Below, in pieces: positions 48,076 to 58,671 of a stretch of DNA of 64,000 nucleotides (positions within the stretch are counted from its first letter, which is position 1; each line of letters starts with the position of its first letter). The DNA is taken from the IMG/VR virus record IMGVR_UViG_2663762783_000006, positions 25,743 through 89,742 of that record, one strand, 5' to 3'. The position numbers and the translations under genes are program-made. This stretch comes from a virus (lineage: Duplodnaviria > Caudoviricetes). The notes beneath the pieces were generated by a model that did not search any database, had not been told where the DNA came from, and worked only from the letters and a program-made list of their open reading frames with translations.

Positions 48076-48348
48076 CTACACAGTAGCGCTTGATACAGAA
48101 TTTGCCAAGTCATCAGATGGCTTGAACAACCAGTATCGGCACCACTGCGCGCCTTTTGCCTTGGCAGATGAGACGCTACCCGCATTTTTCAACTCCAGGT
48201 CGTGGCGGATATCCCGAATTCTGGCGCTGATAGCGGCCTCGGAATCTTTCCGGTTAAACCTGGCTTCGATCCTCTCGTTAATTTCAAACAGCGCCAGGGG
48301 CTTTTCAGCTCCTTCAAGCACTGCCAGTACACGAGCGTATTGCGTCAT
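48076..48348 (-). CDS. Small HTH protein
   Basis: L.EI..........DSEAAISARIRDIR. Confidence 0.6.
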   Translation of the reverse strand: MTQYARVLAVLEGAEKPLALFEINERIEARFNRKDSEAAISARIRDIRHDLELKNAGSVSSAKAKGAQWCRYWLFKPSDDLANSVSSATV

Positions 48349-48415
48349 CTCACACCGTTGGCTTGCGATCCGTTTGTGTGAGCAAGGCTACAGGCTTAAA
48401 AATCTCCGCTTATCG

Positions 48416-48814
48416 TCATTTTCCCAAACGACCGCGTTTTTTCATTCGCGCCGGTAAAACCGTCACGAGGTACGTCCAATCGATGGCGTGTTTACCGTCA
48501 CCGCTTGTCATTACGCGCATGTCCAGAAAGCCGTTAGTTTCGCGGTCCATGTTCACCGCCATCCAGATCGGAATAGATCGATTGTTGGCCAGAATCTGGC
48601 GCAGGTAGGCATGACTGGTGCCTATCCTTTTCGCGAACGCTTCACGCTGAGTCCCGTTAAACAGGTGCTCTTTCAGGAAATACCGAAGGCGCGCGATGTT
48701 CTCAGCCTCGCTTTCGTAGCCTGGCACGCGCTCGTAAGGAGTCAGACCAGGCCAATCCTCTTGGCCTGGTACTACATCAACTTCTCTTCGTACCGCAGAC
48801 ATAACTAACTCCAT
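48416..48814 (-). CDS. Cro/CI-like HTH regulator
   Basis: REAFAKRIGTSHAYLRQI....R......A...D.ET.G; divergent from the ERF operon. Confidence 0.7.
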   Translation of the reverse strand: MELVMSAVRREVDVVPGQEDWPGLTPYERVPGYESEAENIARLRYFLKEHLFNGTQREAFAKRIGTSHAYLRQILANNRSIPIWMAVNMDRETNGFLDMRVMTSGDGKHAIDWTYLVTVLPARMKKRGRLGK

Positions 48815-48963
48815 TATTGGTTAAGGGCGGGTTTTACAGCGGCGGTAACGATACCGCATGCCGGGATATTCTCGACACGACCACAGATAAATGGCCGGGA
48901 TTTTTGCGACCCGTTCGGAATATCGCTGCTGGCCCGCCTCGCTATGGGGCGCATCATAAGCAT

Positions 48964-49025
48964 TGCATCTCCTGTTATCAAGTGCTGCAAAATTTATTAT
49001 CAAGTGCTTGCAAAGATTGTTATCA
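48964..49025 (-). promoter_or_regulatory. Three tandem 17-bp asymmetric operators TGATAA-N5-TTTGCA
   Basis: 48964-48980, 48986-49002, 49009-49025; the motif recurs at 18752, 24415, 36630, 40894, 47720. Confidence 0.65.
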
Positions 49026-49075
49026 ATCGATACAGTTGCGGCCACTTCCAACCGGACACCCCAAAGGCACCAATC

Positions 49076-49801
49076 ATGCAAATGTCTCCAGAGATTAACG
49101 AGCTAGCCAAAGCCCTTGCCGCCGCTCAGGTAGAAATCGAAAACGCGACCAAAGACAGCGTAAACCCTCACTTTCGCAGCAAATATGCGGACCTTGCCGA
49201 GGTGCTGAACACGTCGCGTCCTGTGCTGGCCAAGCACGGCCTATCCGTTGTGCAAATGCCATCGTTTCAAGATGGAAAGGTAGGCGTGACCACACTGCTT
49301 ATGCACGCATCCGGTCAGTTCATTTCTAGCGAGCTGGTTGGTCCTTGCATGAAAGTTGACCCGCAAGGCATTGGCTCTGCCATTACCTACTACCGCCGTT
49401 ATTCCCTGGCAGCCTTTGCCGGTATCGCCCAGGAAGACGACGACGGCAACGACGCAAGCACTGCGCCGAACAACCAGAACAACCAGAACAACCAGAACAA
49501 TCGGAACAACCGAAACAACCAGGGCAACCAGAACGCCCAGCCTGAGCAGCAGCAGGCCCCGCGCCCCATCAATAAAGGCGCAATGGCCCGTATCGAAAAG
49601 ACGCTTGTACGTTGCAGTCCTGCCGTCCAAAAGAAGTTTGCCCAGGACTATCCAGACCCCAGCGCGATCCCGCAGGACGGGTTCCAGAAGATTATTTCCA
49701 GCCTTGAGTCAGCAGCCGACAAGTATCAGGCGCGCCTCAAGGAAGCCGAGGGCGGCGAGCCTGTCGTCACCGAAACAAACAACGATCAAGCAGCAGCGTA
49801 A
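49076..49801 (+). CDS. erf: ERF family single-strand annealing protein
   Basis: KDSVNPHFRSKYADL, PQ..GSAITY.RRYSL.A..GI..EDDDG. Confidence 0.92.
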   Translation: MQMSPEINELAKALAAAQVEIENATKDSVNPHFRSKYADLAEVLNTSRPVLAKHGLSVVQMPSFQDGKVGVTTLLMHASGQFISSELVGPCMKVDPQGIGSAITYYRRYSLAAFAGIAQEDDDGNDASTAPNNQNNQNNQNNRNNRNNQGNQNAQPEQQQAPRPINKGAMARIEKTLVRCSPAVQKKFAQDYPDPSAIPQDGFQKIISSLESAADKYQARLKEAEGGEPVVTETNNDQAAA

Positions 49802-49813
49802 GGAGCCCATGAC

Positions 49814-50371
49814 ATGGCACGCGGCGTCAATAAAGTAATTCTCGTCGGCAACGTTGGCGGCGATCCTGAAACCCGTTACATGCCCAATGGCAATGCCGTC
49901 ACCAACGTGACCCTTGCCACCAGCGAAGCCTGGAAGGACAAGCAAACTGGCCAGCAGCAAGAGCGCACCGAATGGCACCGCGTTGTGTTCTTCGGCAAGG
50001 TTGCCGAGATTGCAGGCGAGTACCTGAGCAAGGGCTCGCAGGTCTACGTGGAAGGGCAGTTGCGCACACGCAAGTGGCAAGGCCAAGACGGGCAAGACCG
50101 CTATACCACTGAAATCGTCGTCGATATCAACGGCACCATGCAGCTCTTGGGCGGGCGTGGCGGCAATGACGGCGGCGACTATGGCCAGACTCAGCAGCAG
50201 CGCGCACCACAGCAGCAGCGCCAGCAGACGCAAGGCCGTAGCCAGGGCAATGCAGCCCAGCGCGCGCCACAGCAGCGCCAGCAGCAGCAACCCGCGCCGG
50301 ACTATGACAGCTTCGACGATGACATTCCGTTCGCCAACCCCTATGCGGGCCAGGTATTGCTGGTTATCTAA
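49814..50371 (+). CDS. ssb: Single-stranded DNA-binding protein
   Basis: [29 protein letters not shown] followed by a 12-aa extension. Confidence 0.95.
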   Translation: MARGVNKVILVGNVGGDPETRYMPNGNAVTNVTLATSEAWKDKQTGQQQERTEWHRVVFFGKVAEIAGEYLSKGSQVYVEGQLRTRKWQGQDGQDRYTTEIVVDINGTMQLLGGRGGNDGGDYGQTQQQRAPQQQRQQTQGRSQGNAAQRAPQQRQQQQPAPDYDSFDDDIPFANPYAGQVLLVI

Positions 50372-50388
50372 ACCCAACTTTGTAGACG

Positions 50389-50868
50389 ATGAGAATGCAG
50401 TACATCACCTACTTGAACCACGAGATACACACACCGACTGCCAAGGCCGCCGACCGCGCGGCCCTGTCGGTCATGATGGCCATGTACGACGGTCCTGTTA
50501 CCGTCGTCGAGTCGGCGCAGGTCAAGCCCCTGCCGCCGCGCAAGCATCCAGAGCCCAGCAAGAGCAAGCGCTCGCGTACCAAGGATGCCAAGCCGCTGGC
50601 CACCGCCGAGCTATTTGCCGTCGTGCCCGTTGCCGACGTGCAGCAGGCGCTAGGGTACGCCGATATGCCGTCCTGGCCGTTCGGCGTCCCTAAGCGCCAT
50701 GAAGAATTCTTGCGCACCATGATGACGGTCTGGCCAACGCTCAAGCGGGCCAAGCGCCTGATCGAAAGCGGCAACCGCCTGGCTCGCGTCGCCAAGCTCA
50801 TGGGCGCAGACGAGGAGGAGCTAAGCAGCCTCCTCGATTCTCACAATATCTTCTACCTCAAGGACTAA
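50389..50868 (+). CDS. Hypothetical protein
   Basis: 159 aa within the recombination operon. Confidence 0.55.
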   Translation: MRMQYITYLNHEIHTPTAKAADRAALSVMMAMYDGPVTVVESAQVKPLPPRKHPEPSKSKRSRTKDAKPLATAELFAVVPVADVQQALGYADMPSWPFGVPKRHEEFLRTMMTVWPTLKRAKRLIESGNRLARVAKLMGADEEELSSLLDSHNIFYLKD

Positions 50869-50870
50869 TC

Positions 50871-52106
50871 ATGTTCTTTCGTAACCTGCTGATTTATCGC
50901 ATAACACAAGACCGTGAGCTTGAGGCAGAAGCACTGGCCGAGGCCCTGGCCAGCAAGCCCGCGCGCCCTTGCGCAAACCAGGAGCTGACCACCTACGGTT
51001 TTATCCCGCCTATCGATGCAGGCGAAGGTTCGGCGCTTGTCCATGCCTCTAGCGGCTACCTGCTGATTGCCACCAGGAAGGAGGAGCGCATACCGCCTAG
51101 CGCGGCGGTAAAGGAAGCCTTAGACGAGAAGGTCAAGGCGATTGAGGGCGAGCAAATGCGCAAGGTCTACAAGAAAGAGCGCGACCAGCTCAAGGACGAG
51201 ATTGTCATGAGTCTGCTGCCGCATACCTTTAGAAAGAAGAAGACCACGCGCGCCGCGATCATGCCCAAACAGGGCCTTATCCTGGTAGACGCCTCCAGTC
51301 CGCGCCAGGCAGAGGACCTGCTGAGCACCCTGCGCGAAGCGCTTGGCTCGCTGCCGGTGCGCCCGCTTTCGGTCATTAATGAAGTCTGCGTGACGATGAC
51401 TGACTGGCTCAAGAATCAGACCGCTACCCATGACCTGCATATTCTGGACGACACCCAGCTTAAGGATGCCCACGAGGATGGCGGCTCCATCACGGTCAAG
51501 GCGCAGGACCTGACAGCCGAGGAGATTCAGAACCACTTGAGTGCGGGCAAGATGGTCACGCGCCTGGCGCTGGCCTGGCAGGACAAGCTTTCGTTTGTGC
51601 TCGATGAGAAGCTGACTCTTAAGAACATCCGGTTCGAAGACCTATTGCAGGAGCAGGCCGACCAGGAAGGCGGCGATGATGCGCTGGCACAGCTCGATGC
51701 AAGCTTTACGATCATGATGCTTACCTTTGCCGAGTTCCTGCCCGAGCTGGTCGAGGCGCTAGGCGGCGAGATGATCCCGCAAGGCATTTGCGGTACGAGC
51801 GCAAGTGACTTGCAGGAAGGCGCGCCCAAGGTCGTGCGGATCAAGCGCGATGAAGTGCAATACGACGCCTTCAATCCAGTGGCAGAACAAACTGCCGCGC
51901 ACGTCGATGACCTGGACAGCGACACACTCTACCAGCAGGCCGTTGTATTCGTCAGAACCGAGAAGCGAGCCAGCATTAGCGCAATCCAGCGAAGATTCAA
52001 AATTGGCTACAACAGAGCAGTGGAGATGATTGGGCGCATGGAGGAGGAGTTTGTAGTAACGGCAATGAACTCCAACGGAACACGCGACGTTGTAGCAAGT
52101 TACTAA
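50871..52106 (+). CDS. rdgC: RdgC fused to a C-terminal FtsK gamma domain
   Basis: [26 protein letters not shown]; C-terminal D.LY.QAV.FV....[17 protein letters not shown]. Confidence 0.9.
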   Translation: MFFRNLLIYRITQDRELEAEALAEALASKPARPCANQELTTYGFIPPIDAGEGSALVHASSGYLLIATRKEERIPPSAAVKEALDEKVKAIEGEQMRKVYKKERDQLKDEIVMSLLPHTFRKKKTTRAAIMPKQGLILVDASSPRQAEDLLSTLREALGSLPVRPLSVINEVCVTMTDWLKNQTATHDLHILDDTQLKDAHEDGGSITVKAQDLTAEEIQNHLSAGKMVTRLALAWQDKLSFVLDEKLTLKNIRFEDLLQEQADQEGGDDALAQLDASFTIMMLTFAEFLPELVEALGGEMIPQGICGTSASDLQEGAPKVVRIKRDEVQYDAFNPVAEQTAAHVDDLDSDTLYQQAVVFVRTEKRASISAIQRRFKIGYNRAVEMIGRMEEEFVVTAMNSNGTRDVVASY

Positions 52107-52290
52107 TTTGGCAATACCAGCCCCTAAGTCAATATGCCGTCGGCCATGAACCTTCGGCATCTCTCAAGAAAACAGCATTACTGGAAAAGCAGCGTAAGGA
52201 GCTGGAAACAGTATTGGCAAAATGGCGCTATCACGGTGCGTCCATCATGCGGGCGCACTGCATCCACTTTGATAGCACTCAGGTAGCACC

Positions 52291-52596
52291 ATGCTAGTTA
52301 CAGCCATTTTCATCGTTTGCGCCATCACTGCCGGTTACTGCGCTTGGATCAACTTTAAACTCCCCGCCACGGTGTACAGCCGTATTCGCGCCCTCCTCCT
52401 TGCCTTGGCCAGTCTTACCTTTCTGTTATCCAGCCCCTATGCAGGGCTCCAGTATGACCGCCTCAAGGCGCAGACGGACGCCGAGACCAGCGCCATACGC
52501 ACCAGGGCCGAAGCGGCGCGCATTGCCACGCTTATGACCGCGTTCGGCGAATCCTATGCAGTCATCGAATACCTGCGCACCACCCAAAGCCAGTAG
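52291..52596 (+). CDS. Small membrane protein
   Basis: Two hydrophobic segments. Confidence 0.5.
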   Translation: MLVTAIFIVCAITAGYCAWINFKLPATVYSRIRALLLALASLTFLLSSPYAGLQYDRLKAQTDAETSAIRTRAEAARIATLMTAFGESYAVIEYLRTTQSQ

Positions 52597-53718
52597 TCAC
52601 CAGATATAGCGGGCAAGGTCGCTACCACGCAGGGACGCATAGCGAGCCAGTAGACGCGGATCACGATGGCCAGTGATTCGAGATATCAGCACGGCATCCA
52701 TTGTTGTCCGCTCAAACAGTCTGCATACCGCCTCGTGCCGCAGGTCATGAAAGTGCAAGTCGGCACACTCCGCCGCCTCGAATATCCGCGCAAACTGAGC
52801 CGATATCCGTGCCGTCGTGCGCTTGAGACTTTTGGCGCTCAAGTCTCCATCCCACCAGGGGAATAACGGGGCGTCGTCGCTGCCCTCGTGGCGCTCCAGC
52901 AGCTCGCCCATGACCTGCATGGCGACCGATGAAAGCGGAATCTGGCGCTTATCCCCGTTCTTAGTCTGATTTAGGTAAACGGTACGCCTGGCCATATCTA
53001 CCTGGTTGGGCGATAGCGTATACATCTCGCGCAGGCGCATGGCCGTCTCTAACGCCAGCTTAAACAGCGCTTCCAGATAATCACGGTGCGGCAGCACTAG
53101 CGGGCGCTGGCGTCCGGTTGCCGTCTCGCCGTCCAGTATCTCGTGAACACTCTCCTCCTCTTTAGCGTCCAGCCTCCTGTCTCGCGGGGCGTCAGTTCGG
53201 GCCGCCTTCCCCTTGCGCGCCAGCACGCGACCGTCAGCCGCGTTATAGGACGCATAGCGCTTGGGCAGCTCGCGCAGCGGATTGCCTGCCAGCCCTCCCC
53301 GCTTTACGCTCCAGTCCAAGCACCGCGCCAGTGCGCCCACGTAATGACGGATCGTAACCGGCGCAAGCACGCGCTCGTGCTTCATGCCTGCTACCCACTG
53401 CTCAGCCCATTCGTATGTGAGTTCATCCAGTTTGAGCGCACCCTGCTGGCGCTCGATGCCATGCAGTAGCGCTTGATCCGACTCAGGCATTGCCACGGCT
53501 TCGATATAGCCTTCGATCACAGCGCCCAGCGTAGCGGCCCCAAGCCGCGCTTTAACCTCTGCCGGTATACGCCCCTTGTCTAGCTCTGCCTCGGTGCGAG
53601 CGCACCACTCTGCGCCCTCTCGTTCGGTCGCAAAGCTAAAGCTAAGTGGCTGGCCTAGCAGATGCTTGCGGCGAATGATGAACTCCCAGCGGTTGCCACG
53701 CTTACGCTTTGTTGCCAT
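52597..53718 (-). CDS. Tyrosine recombinase/integrase (Rci/HP1-like)
   Basis: LALETAMR, TKNG..R.IPL, FHDLRHEA, ITGH......RY. Confidence 0.92.
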   Translation of the reverse strand: MATKRKRGNRWEFIIRRKHLLGQPLSFSFATEREGAEWCARTEAELDKGRIPAEVKARLGAATLGAVIEGYIEAVAMPESDQALLHGIERQQGALKLDELTYEWAEQWVAGMKHERVLAPVTIRHYVGALARCLDWSVKRGGLAGNPLRELPKRYASYNAADGRVLARKGKAARTDAPRDRRLDAKEEESVHEILDGETATGRQRPLVLPHRDYLEALFKLALETAMRLREMYTLSPNQVDMARRTVYLNQTKNGDKRQIPLSSVAMQVMGELLERHEGSDDAPLFPWWDGDLSAKSLKRTTARISAQFARIFEAAECADLHFHDLRHEAVCRLFERTTMDAVLISRITGHRDPRLLARYASLRGSDLARYIW

Positions 53719-53829
53719 GTACTGCCGATCCCATTCAAAGAAATCGCATAGACAACCATTTTTAAAAACTATTCGAAAGGGCTTTATCTCTATCTGAATT
53801 GTAAGTATAATTCAGTTACAGCAGACGGA

Positions 53830-54186
53830 TTGGCCGAATGCCTAAACAAAGGAGTGCGAAAACTGTCAGACAAAGAAGCGCTAGAGCTAGAGCTACTAAA
53901 GGCCAATATCCGAAAGACGTTAGCCGAAGCAGCAAAAGCCGAATCAGAAGCAGCAAAGGCGGTAGACGAATCAGGAAAGATCAAGGCCGAAACGGCCAAG
54001 ATAAAAACCGAAACGGAACTGCTGGATTACGAGGCGCAACGGTTAGTTGCTGAGAAATTCAAACTCAACAACGAGGGTAAGAAATTTAATGTAGAGGCGT
54101 TCTGGACGCCAGCGAAGATAACAGTTAGCTGGCTAGTAGGTTTCGGGGCGCTACTACTGTTATTCTACCGATTGTTCTTCAAGTAA
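53830..54186 (+). CDS. Small coiled-coil protein with a C-terminal TM helix
   Basis: AE.AK repeats then W.P and a hydrophobic tail. Confidence 0.6.
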   Translation: MAECLNKGVRKLSDKEALELELLKANIRKTLAEAAKAESEAAKAVDESGKIKAETAKIKTETELLDYEAQRLVAEKFKLNNEGKKFNVEAFWTPAKITVSWLVGFGALLLLFYRLFFK

Positions 54187-54226
54187 CCGGAGCCCCGCGA
54201 AAGCGGGGCCTCTCAAGGAGGTCAAA

Positions 54227-54385
54227 ATGCTATCTCCAGAGTCACGTATCAAGCAGGCAGCCGAACGCGCGCAGGCCGAAGTTGAAGCACTGGAAAAGGC
54301 TAAGACCGTCAGCCCGATGCTGTATTTTGGCAGCATGATTCTTGCGGCGTTTGCAGCAGCAGCCCTACTGCATATCGCTCAGTAA
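54227..54385 (+). CDS. 52-aa TM protein not in the ORF track
   Basis: AAGGAGG SD; MLSPESRIKQAAERAQAEVEALEKAKTVSPMLYFGSMILAAFAAAALLHIAQ*. Confidence 0.65.
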   Translation: MLSPESRIKQAAERAQAEVEALEKAKTVSPMLYFGSMILAAFAAAALLHIAQ

Positions 54386-54399
54386 CAGAAGCAGCAAAG

Positions 54400-54426
54400 G
54401 AGCCGCCCACCGAGGCGGCTTTTTTG
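54400..54426 (+). terminator. Intrinsic terminator
   Basis: GCCGCCCACCGAGGCGGC + T-run; identical copy at ~58930-58953. Confidence 0.75.
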
Positions 54427-54458
54427 TGCGCAAGTGACTTGCAGCGCGCGAGGTACGC

Positions 54459-54492
54459 TTGCGCCCTATGCTGAATTGGCGGTATTATTCAG
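54459..54492 (+). promoter_or_regulatory. Sigma70-like promoter TTGCGC-N18-TATTAT with CTGAAT..ATTCAG inverted repeat
   Basis: Near-identical promoters at 58358-58391 and 58980-59013; related site at 53794-53815. Confidence 0.65.
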
Positions 54493-54520
54493 ATTAACAA
54501 GTTAGCAGCGGGATGGCGTC

Positions 54521-54715
54521 ATGGAAGCAGTAAAGAGAAACGGCGGCGCGCGTGTTGGCGCAGGGAAAGCAAAAGACCTGCCGCCAGATGCAGTGGCAAC
54601 AAAGCGCACAGTATCGATAGATGACGAGACGGCTGCAATCCTTACCGCGCTTGGCGGCGGCAAGCTGAGCCGTGGCATTCGAGAGGCGGCGCGCATTATC
54701 AAAGCGCAGCAGTAA
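54521..54715 (+). CDS. Small RHH-like DNA-binding protein
   Basis: GGARVGAGK AT-hook-like motif, KRTVSID, LGGG.LS.GIR. Confidence 0.7.
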   Translation: MEAVKRNGGARVGAGKAKDLPPDAVATKRTVSIDDETAAILTALGGGKLSRGIREAARIIKAQQ

Positions 54716-54865
54716 ACCAGCACTCTGCTAGCAGGCCGCACGCGCAGTGCTGGCGCTATTTAATCAGGGGTTTACAAAGCCCTTGCAAGTAGGTAGATTT
54801 GCTCGTGCCTAGTCTCTCTTTGAAGGGATTATGCGGCGAGACCTCCAATCGAGCCGCAAACAAAA

Positions 54866-54892
54866 GAACCGCCCTCACGGCGGTTTTTTTGT
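54866..54892. terminator. Bidirectional terminator-like hairpin
   Basis: AACCGCCCTCACGGCGGTTTTTTT between convergent genes. Confidence 0.6.
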
Positions 54893-54900
54893 GCCTGAAA

Positions 54901-56407
54901 TTAGGCAGCCTGCTTGAACATCGGGATTTTGTATGCCTCCTGGCGCACCTTCCTGGCCTCCTCTGGACCGTATCCCCAAATGTTCCCTTCACTCCATGAC
55001 CGCTCAGGCGCAACGTATCCAGGGTGAAGCGGCTTGCCGTGAACAACGTACTCGCGCAGGGCTTTGACCAGGTCCTTAAGCGTGCCGCCATGCGTGAAGC
55101 CGCGCCACTTGCTTGTAAAGGTCGTCTCGTGGGTATAGACGCGCTTGCCGGAGTAGTCATCGATAAACCAGACGCGGCCCCGCGCGTCCAGCTCAAGGCG
55201 AGCGTAGCGGTCGTGTGTCTTGTTGTAGAAGAATCGGCGGCCATGACTGCCGACCACCTTGATAAACTCGTTTGCCTGCTCCAGGCGCTGCTGCTTGCTC
55301 ATGTCTCAGCCACCCATTGATGGAACATGCTCTGCTTCGACATGCAGAACCTTGGCACGCTTGTAATAACGCCGCCAGTTAGTCAGTCCGCATACGTTCC
55401 CGCTATCGCGCTCGCCTACGGTGTAGCTCACCTGCTTGGCCTTTGAGTTCGTCCGTAGCGCGTATACATAGTCTACGGTCATCAGTCTGCCGGTTTCATC
55501 GCGCAATCGGTCGCCCTTGCGTGGATCGATGCGCGGGTCGCGCTCATGCTTGTCACTGCTCATAATCAAACTTCCATTAACGGCCTTGCTAGCCGTCTAT
55601 GCCTGCGTCAGTCGCGGCCTGTAGCCGTGCTGCCACTCTCGGTTTTTAATGCTTCTAGCCTTTCCAAACACTTTGGGCATGTCACGGCAGGTATCGGCAT
55701 TTTCATGTATTCGTAATCGGTCCAACCGTTTTTGCCTCGCGGCCTCTCGCCACATAAGGCAGGCTCAAAACCATCAAACACATGGTAATTGCGGTCAACG
55801 GCATGTATGAGTCGGCCCTGTCCTTGCTCATTGCTACTCGCTAGGCTTCCGGGCCTTTTGACGATCCGCATATAAACTCCCGTTGACGGCTCTACAGGCC
55901 GTCTACCTGATTGACTGGCGCGGCTTCTGGACCGGCTGCCACTTCTGTTTTTGCAGCCAATGCAGCCTCAACGGCGGCGGCCAGCTTGCTGGAGTCATAC
56001 GGCATCTCACTCAGGCGCATCAGCCGTATTTGATTAGCCGTGCCTTGCACTACCGGCCAGTTGTTAATCATGAAATCGACAATCTCGCCTTCCGGCATTG
56101 CCATTGTCTTGTATCGAAGGGTATCCAGTTCGCAGTAGAGCTTGGCCAGGAAGCGCACCAGGTTATGCGCATCAGCCAGCTCCGCTGCCAATCGCTCAGG
56201 CACAGCACTAATCATGCCTTGCAGAGCATCGTAAGTGCCTTGAGTCATCATCACGACCTTTACAACCGCCTCGCTATCCTGGCGCATGGCTTCGACCGCT
56301 GACGGCTCATTAGCATAGACGGCCAGCTGCACGCCATCCGTTGATGCAACGCTCAAGGCGTCAGGATCATTACCTACGACCGCGAACGCTTTATAAATCT
56401 GGCTCAT
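54901..56407 (-). CDS. Four hypothetical proteins (54901..55302, 55306..55569, 55608..55871, 55892..56407)
   Basis: Co-oriented, tightly packed ORFs. Confidence 0.55.
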
Positions 56408-57261
56408 ACTGGCTGCCCCTCCTCGCGGGCTCCATAACGCAAACGCTTCACCGATTCATAGTGGCGCTTGCAGCAGCCAAGCTGCTCGTTATAAACCGGA
56501 TCATTACATGACGAGACATTGCAGACTTTTCGTTCATAGCGAGCAGCCTCCTTAAATCGAATACTCTCCTTAGCTAGGCCGCCATAAGGCGCGGCAAGCT
56601 TCTCGACAAGAGCTAGCGACTTCTTGCCAAAATCAGGAATTTTTAGCAGGTCAATTACGCTATGCTCTAGCAAATGCCTGAGACTCATTATCTGGTTTGC
56701 GCATAGTAGGTTTCGCAATTTCTCCGGCAGCGGAAGCTCCATAACGGGCAAGTCATGCGAAATGATACTGCCCCCCTGGTTATTGGCTTCGAAGGCCGCA
56801 ATTCGCTGGTCGGTCTGCGCGTCAAAGTCGGCATCAGAATAGCCCTGCGTATTAGCGATTCGGCGGACGCCACGGTAGCGCTCGGCGTTAGCGCGGTACT
56901 GGTCAAGTTCGGCCTTTAATACCTCTACGTCAGATTCAGAATACAAGGCGCGCACCTGGTACTCAGGCCACTCGGCTGGATTCTGCTTAACCATGTCGTG
57001 ATGCTCTTTTGAGCATGTAGACCAGTCCTGGCCAATAAATCCAGCCTGCCAAGCAGTAGGCTCGATACCCACCTCTACATCCTCTCGGGTTATGTCCCTG
57101 CAATCGCCTGTCAGGGTGAATATCGCAGTCAGACAGATACCATTATTGCCCTCGCCCCACATCCAGCCGCTAGGCGGGGGGAATACAGGCTTAACAAAAT
57201 CGCACTTGTTGTCTTTGCACCACTGGATTGCTTCCGCTCTTGTTGCATCTTCTTTAGTCAT
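56404..57261 (-). CDS. Mosaic protein with an RNAP alpha-CTD-like domain
   Basis: PVMELPLPEKLRNLL.ANQIMSL..LL..S..DLLKIPDFGKKSL..V closely follows the alpha-CTD pattern. Confidence 0.7.
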   Translation of the reverse strand: MTKEDATRAEAIQWCKDNKCDFVKPVFPPPSGWMWGEGNNGICLTAIFTLTGDCRDITREDVEVGIEPTAWQAGFIGQDWSTCSKEHHDMVKQNPAEWPEYQVRALYSESDVEVLKAELDQYRANAERYRGVRRIANTQGYSDADFDAQTDQRIAAFEANNQGGSIISHDLPVMELPLPEKLRNLLCANQIMSLRHLLEHSVIDLLKIPDFGKKSLALVEKLAAPYGGLAKESIRFKEAARYERKVCNVSSCNDPVYNEQLGCCKRHYESVKRLRYGAREEGQPV

Positions 57262-58240
57262 TTAAAAGTCCTCCAGCGGGACATTGATGGCGTTATCGCG
57301 CCACTCGTGAAATTGCGGATTGCCATGAATGTGCTCAAGGCAGGTCGGGTCAGTCTTGCTTTTGTACCCTGCAAGCCAAAAGTGACCGCCATGAAAAGTG
57401 GTTCCGCAGCGCTCGCACTGCTTCCAGCTGCCGTACCCTTTTTCGCTTCTGTTTTTGAATAGGTGCGCAGTGCTCACAGCTACTCACCCGTAACAAGCGC
57501 GGTATCGTGAGGCTCAAGGCACTGCTCTACGTGCTCCAGAACCCAGGCGGGCACTTCTGGCGATTCATAAAGCCGCTTGCGCAGGCTGTCCAGGTGCTCA
57601 AGGGCGAAGAGATTGCTACTAGCGTCAGCCTCAAGCTTCTCGTAATCAGAGGCCAGCACGTACACCCTTGAGCCAACCCTATGCCCTTCGCCTTCCAAGG
57701 TATGCGGCTCAACCATTTCAGCCGCTATGCCGCCATTCTCGTGGTAGGTCGTCATTACATAGCGCTTGACCTCCATTACTTATTCCTCCCGTCAAAGGCA
57801 CCCAGGCGCACTAGGTCGCTTGTACTAGCGGCAAGAAAATCGTCGTCATCTTCTAGCGGCTCTACCGGCTCATATTTGAGAAGCCTGTCAAGTGCGTCGC
57901 GGTAAAGCTGCGCGGCATGCTCCGTACTCTCCTTGCTCTCCTTAAGCCTAGATTCCAGGTACTTGTTTGCGGACTGCAAGCGCTCAAGCTCCTTTAGCAC
58001 GTTGCTGACCGTCTCGCGACCAGACGCATAAACCAGCATGCCGTCCTTTATATGAGGGTCGCCAATAGGATCAATGACGATTCGCTCTGTACCAGGCTCG
58101 CGGCGTGCGGTGCCAATGGCAGCGATTAGAGGGCCGTCAGGGTTTTCGGCGGGCATTTCAGTGTCTTGAGGCATGAACTTGTCACTCCATCCGATTTTAA
58201 ATACGGGCAAACTCGCATAGACGGCTGTACCAGCCGTCAA
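57262..58240 (-). CDS. Three hypothetical proteins (57262..57477, 57480..57776, 57776..58240)
   Basis: Coupled co-oriented ORFs. Confidence 0.5.
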
Positions 58241-58425
58241 CGCCTAGAGCTGGCGCGGTCTGTAGAGGCTCTGCCACTCCGTCATTTCAGTGGCAACTAT
58301 ACCCGCCACCTTTGAAATTGTGAACTATAAAATACGAAAATATTTCGCATAAATATGTTGCGCTCTAAACTGAATTGGCGGTATAGTTCATCCATCGAAA
58401 CGAACACCGCCTTGAGGGCAAAATC

Positions 58426-58671
58426 ATGAATGCTTTTGAACGCCGCGAACTGGTAAACAAGATTGCAAAGCAAAAGGGCATGACCGTGGAAAAGCTGGAT
58501 TTGCGCTCGCACTTCCTGCACCTGCGCGACGGTGCCAAGGTCTATTACGTCCCGCTGTATCGTGGCATCTGCGCTGAAATGATCGAGCGTCAGATGGGCG
58601 AAAAGAGCCTGGAAAATTGCTGGCGCTTGGACCAGGTAGAAACATCCATGTATTTCGTGAGGGCCGCGTGA
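58426..58671 (+). CDS. Small early protein
   Basis: GAGG SD, behind promoter 58358-58391. Confidence 0.6.
   Translation: MNAFERRELVNKIAKQKGMTVEKLDLRSHFLHLRDGAKVYYVPLYRGICAEMIERQMGEKSLENCWRLDQVETSMYFVRAA

Noticed and set aside
49469-49535. 9-bp tandem repeat (AACAACCAG)n
   Set aside because: In-frame low-complexity NNQ linker of ERF; cannot phase-vary the frame
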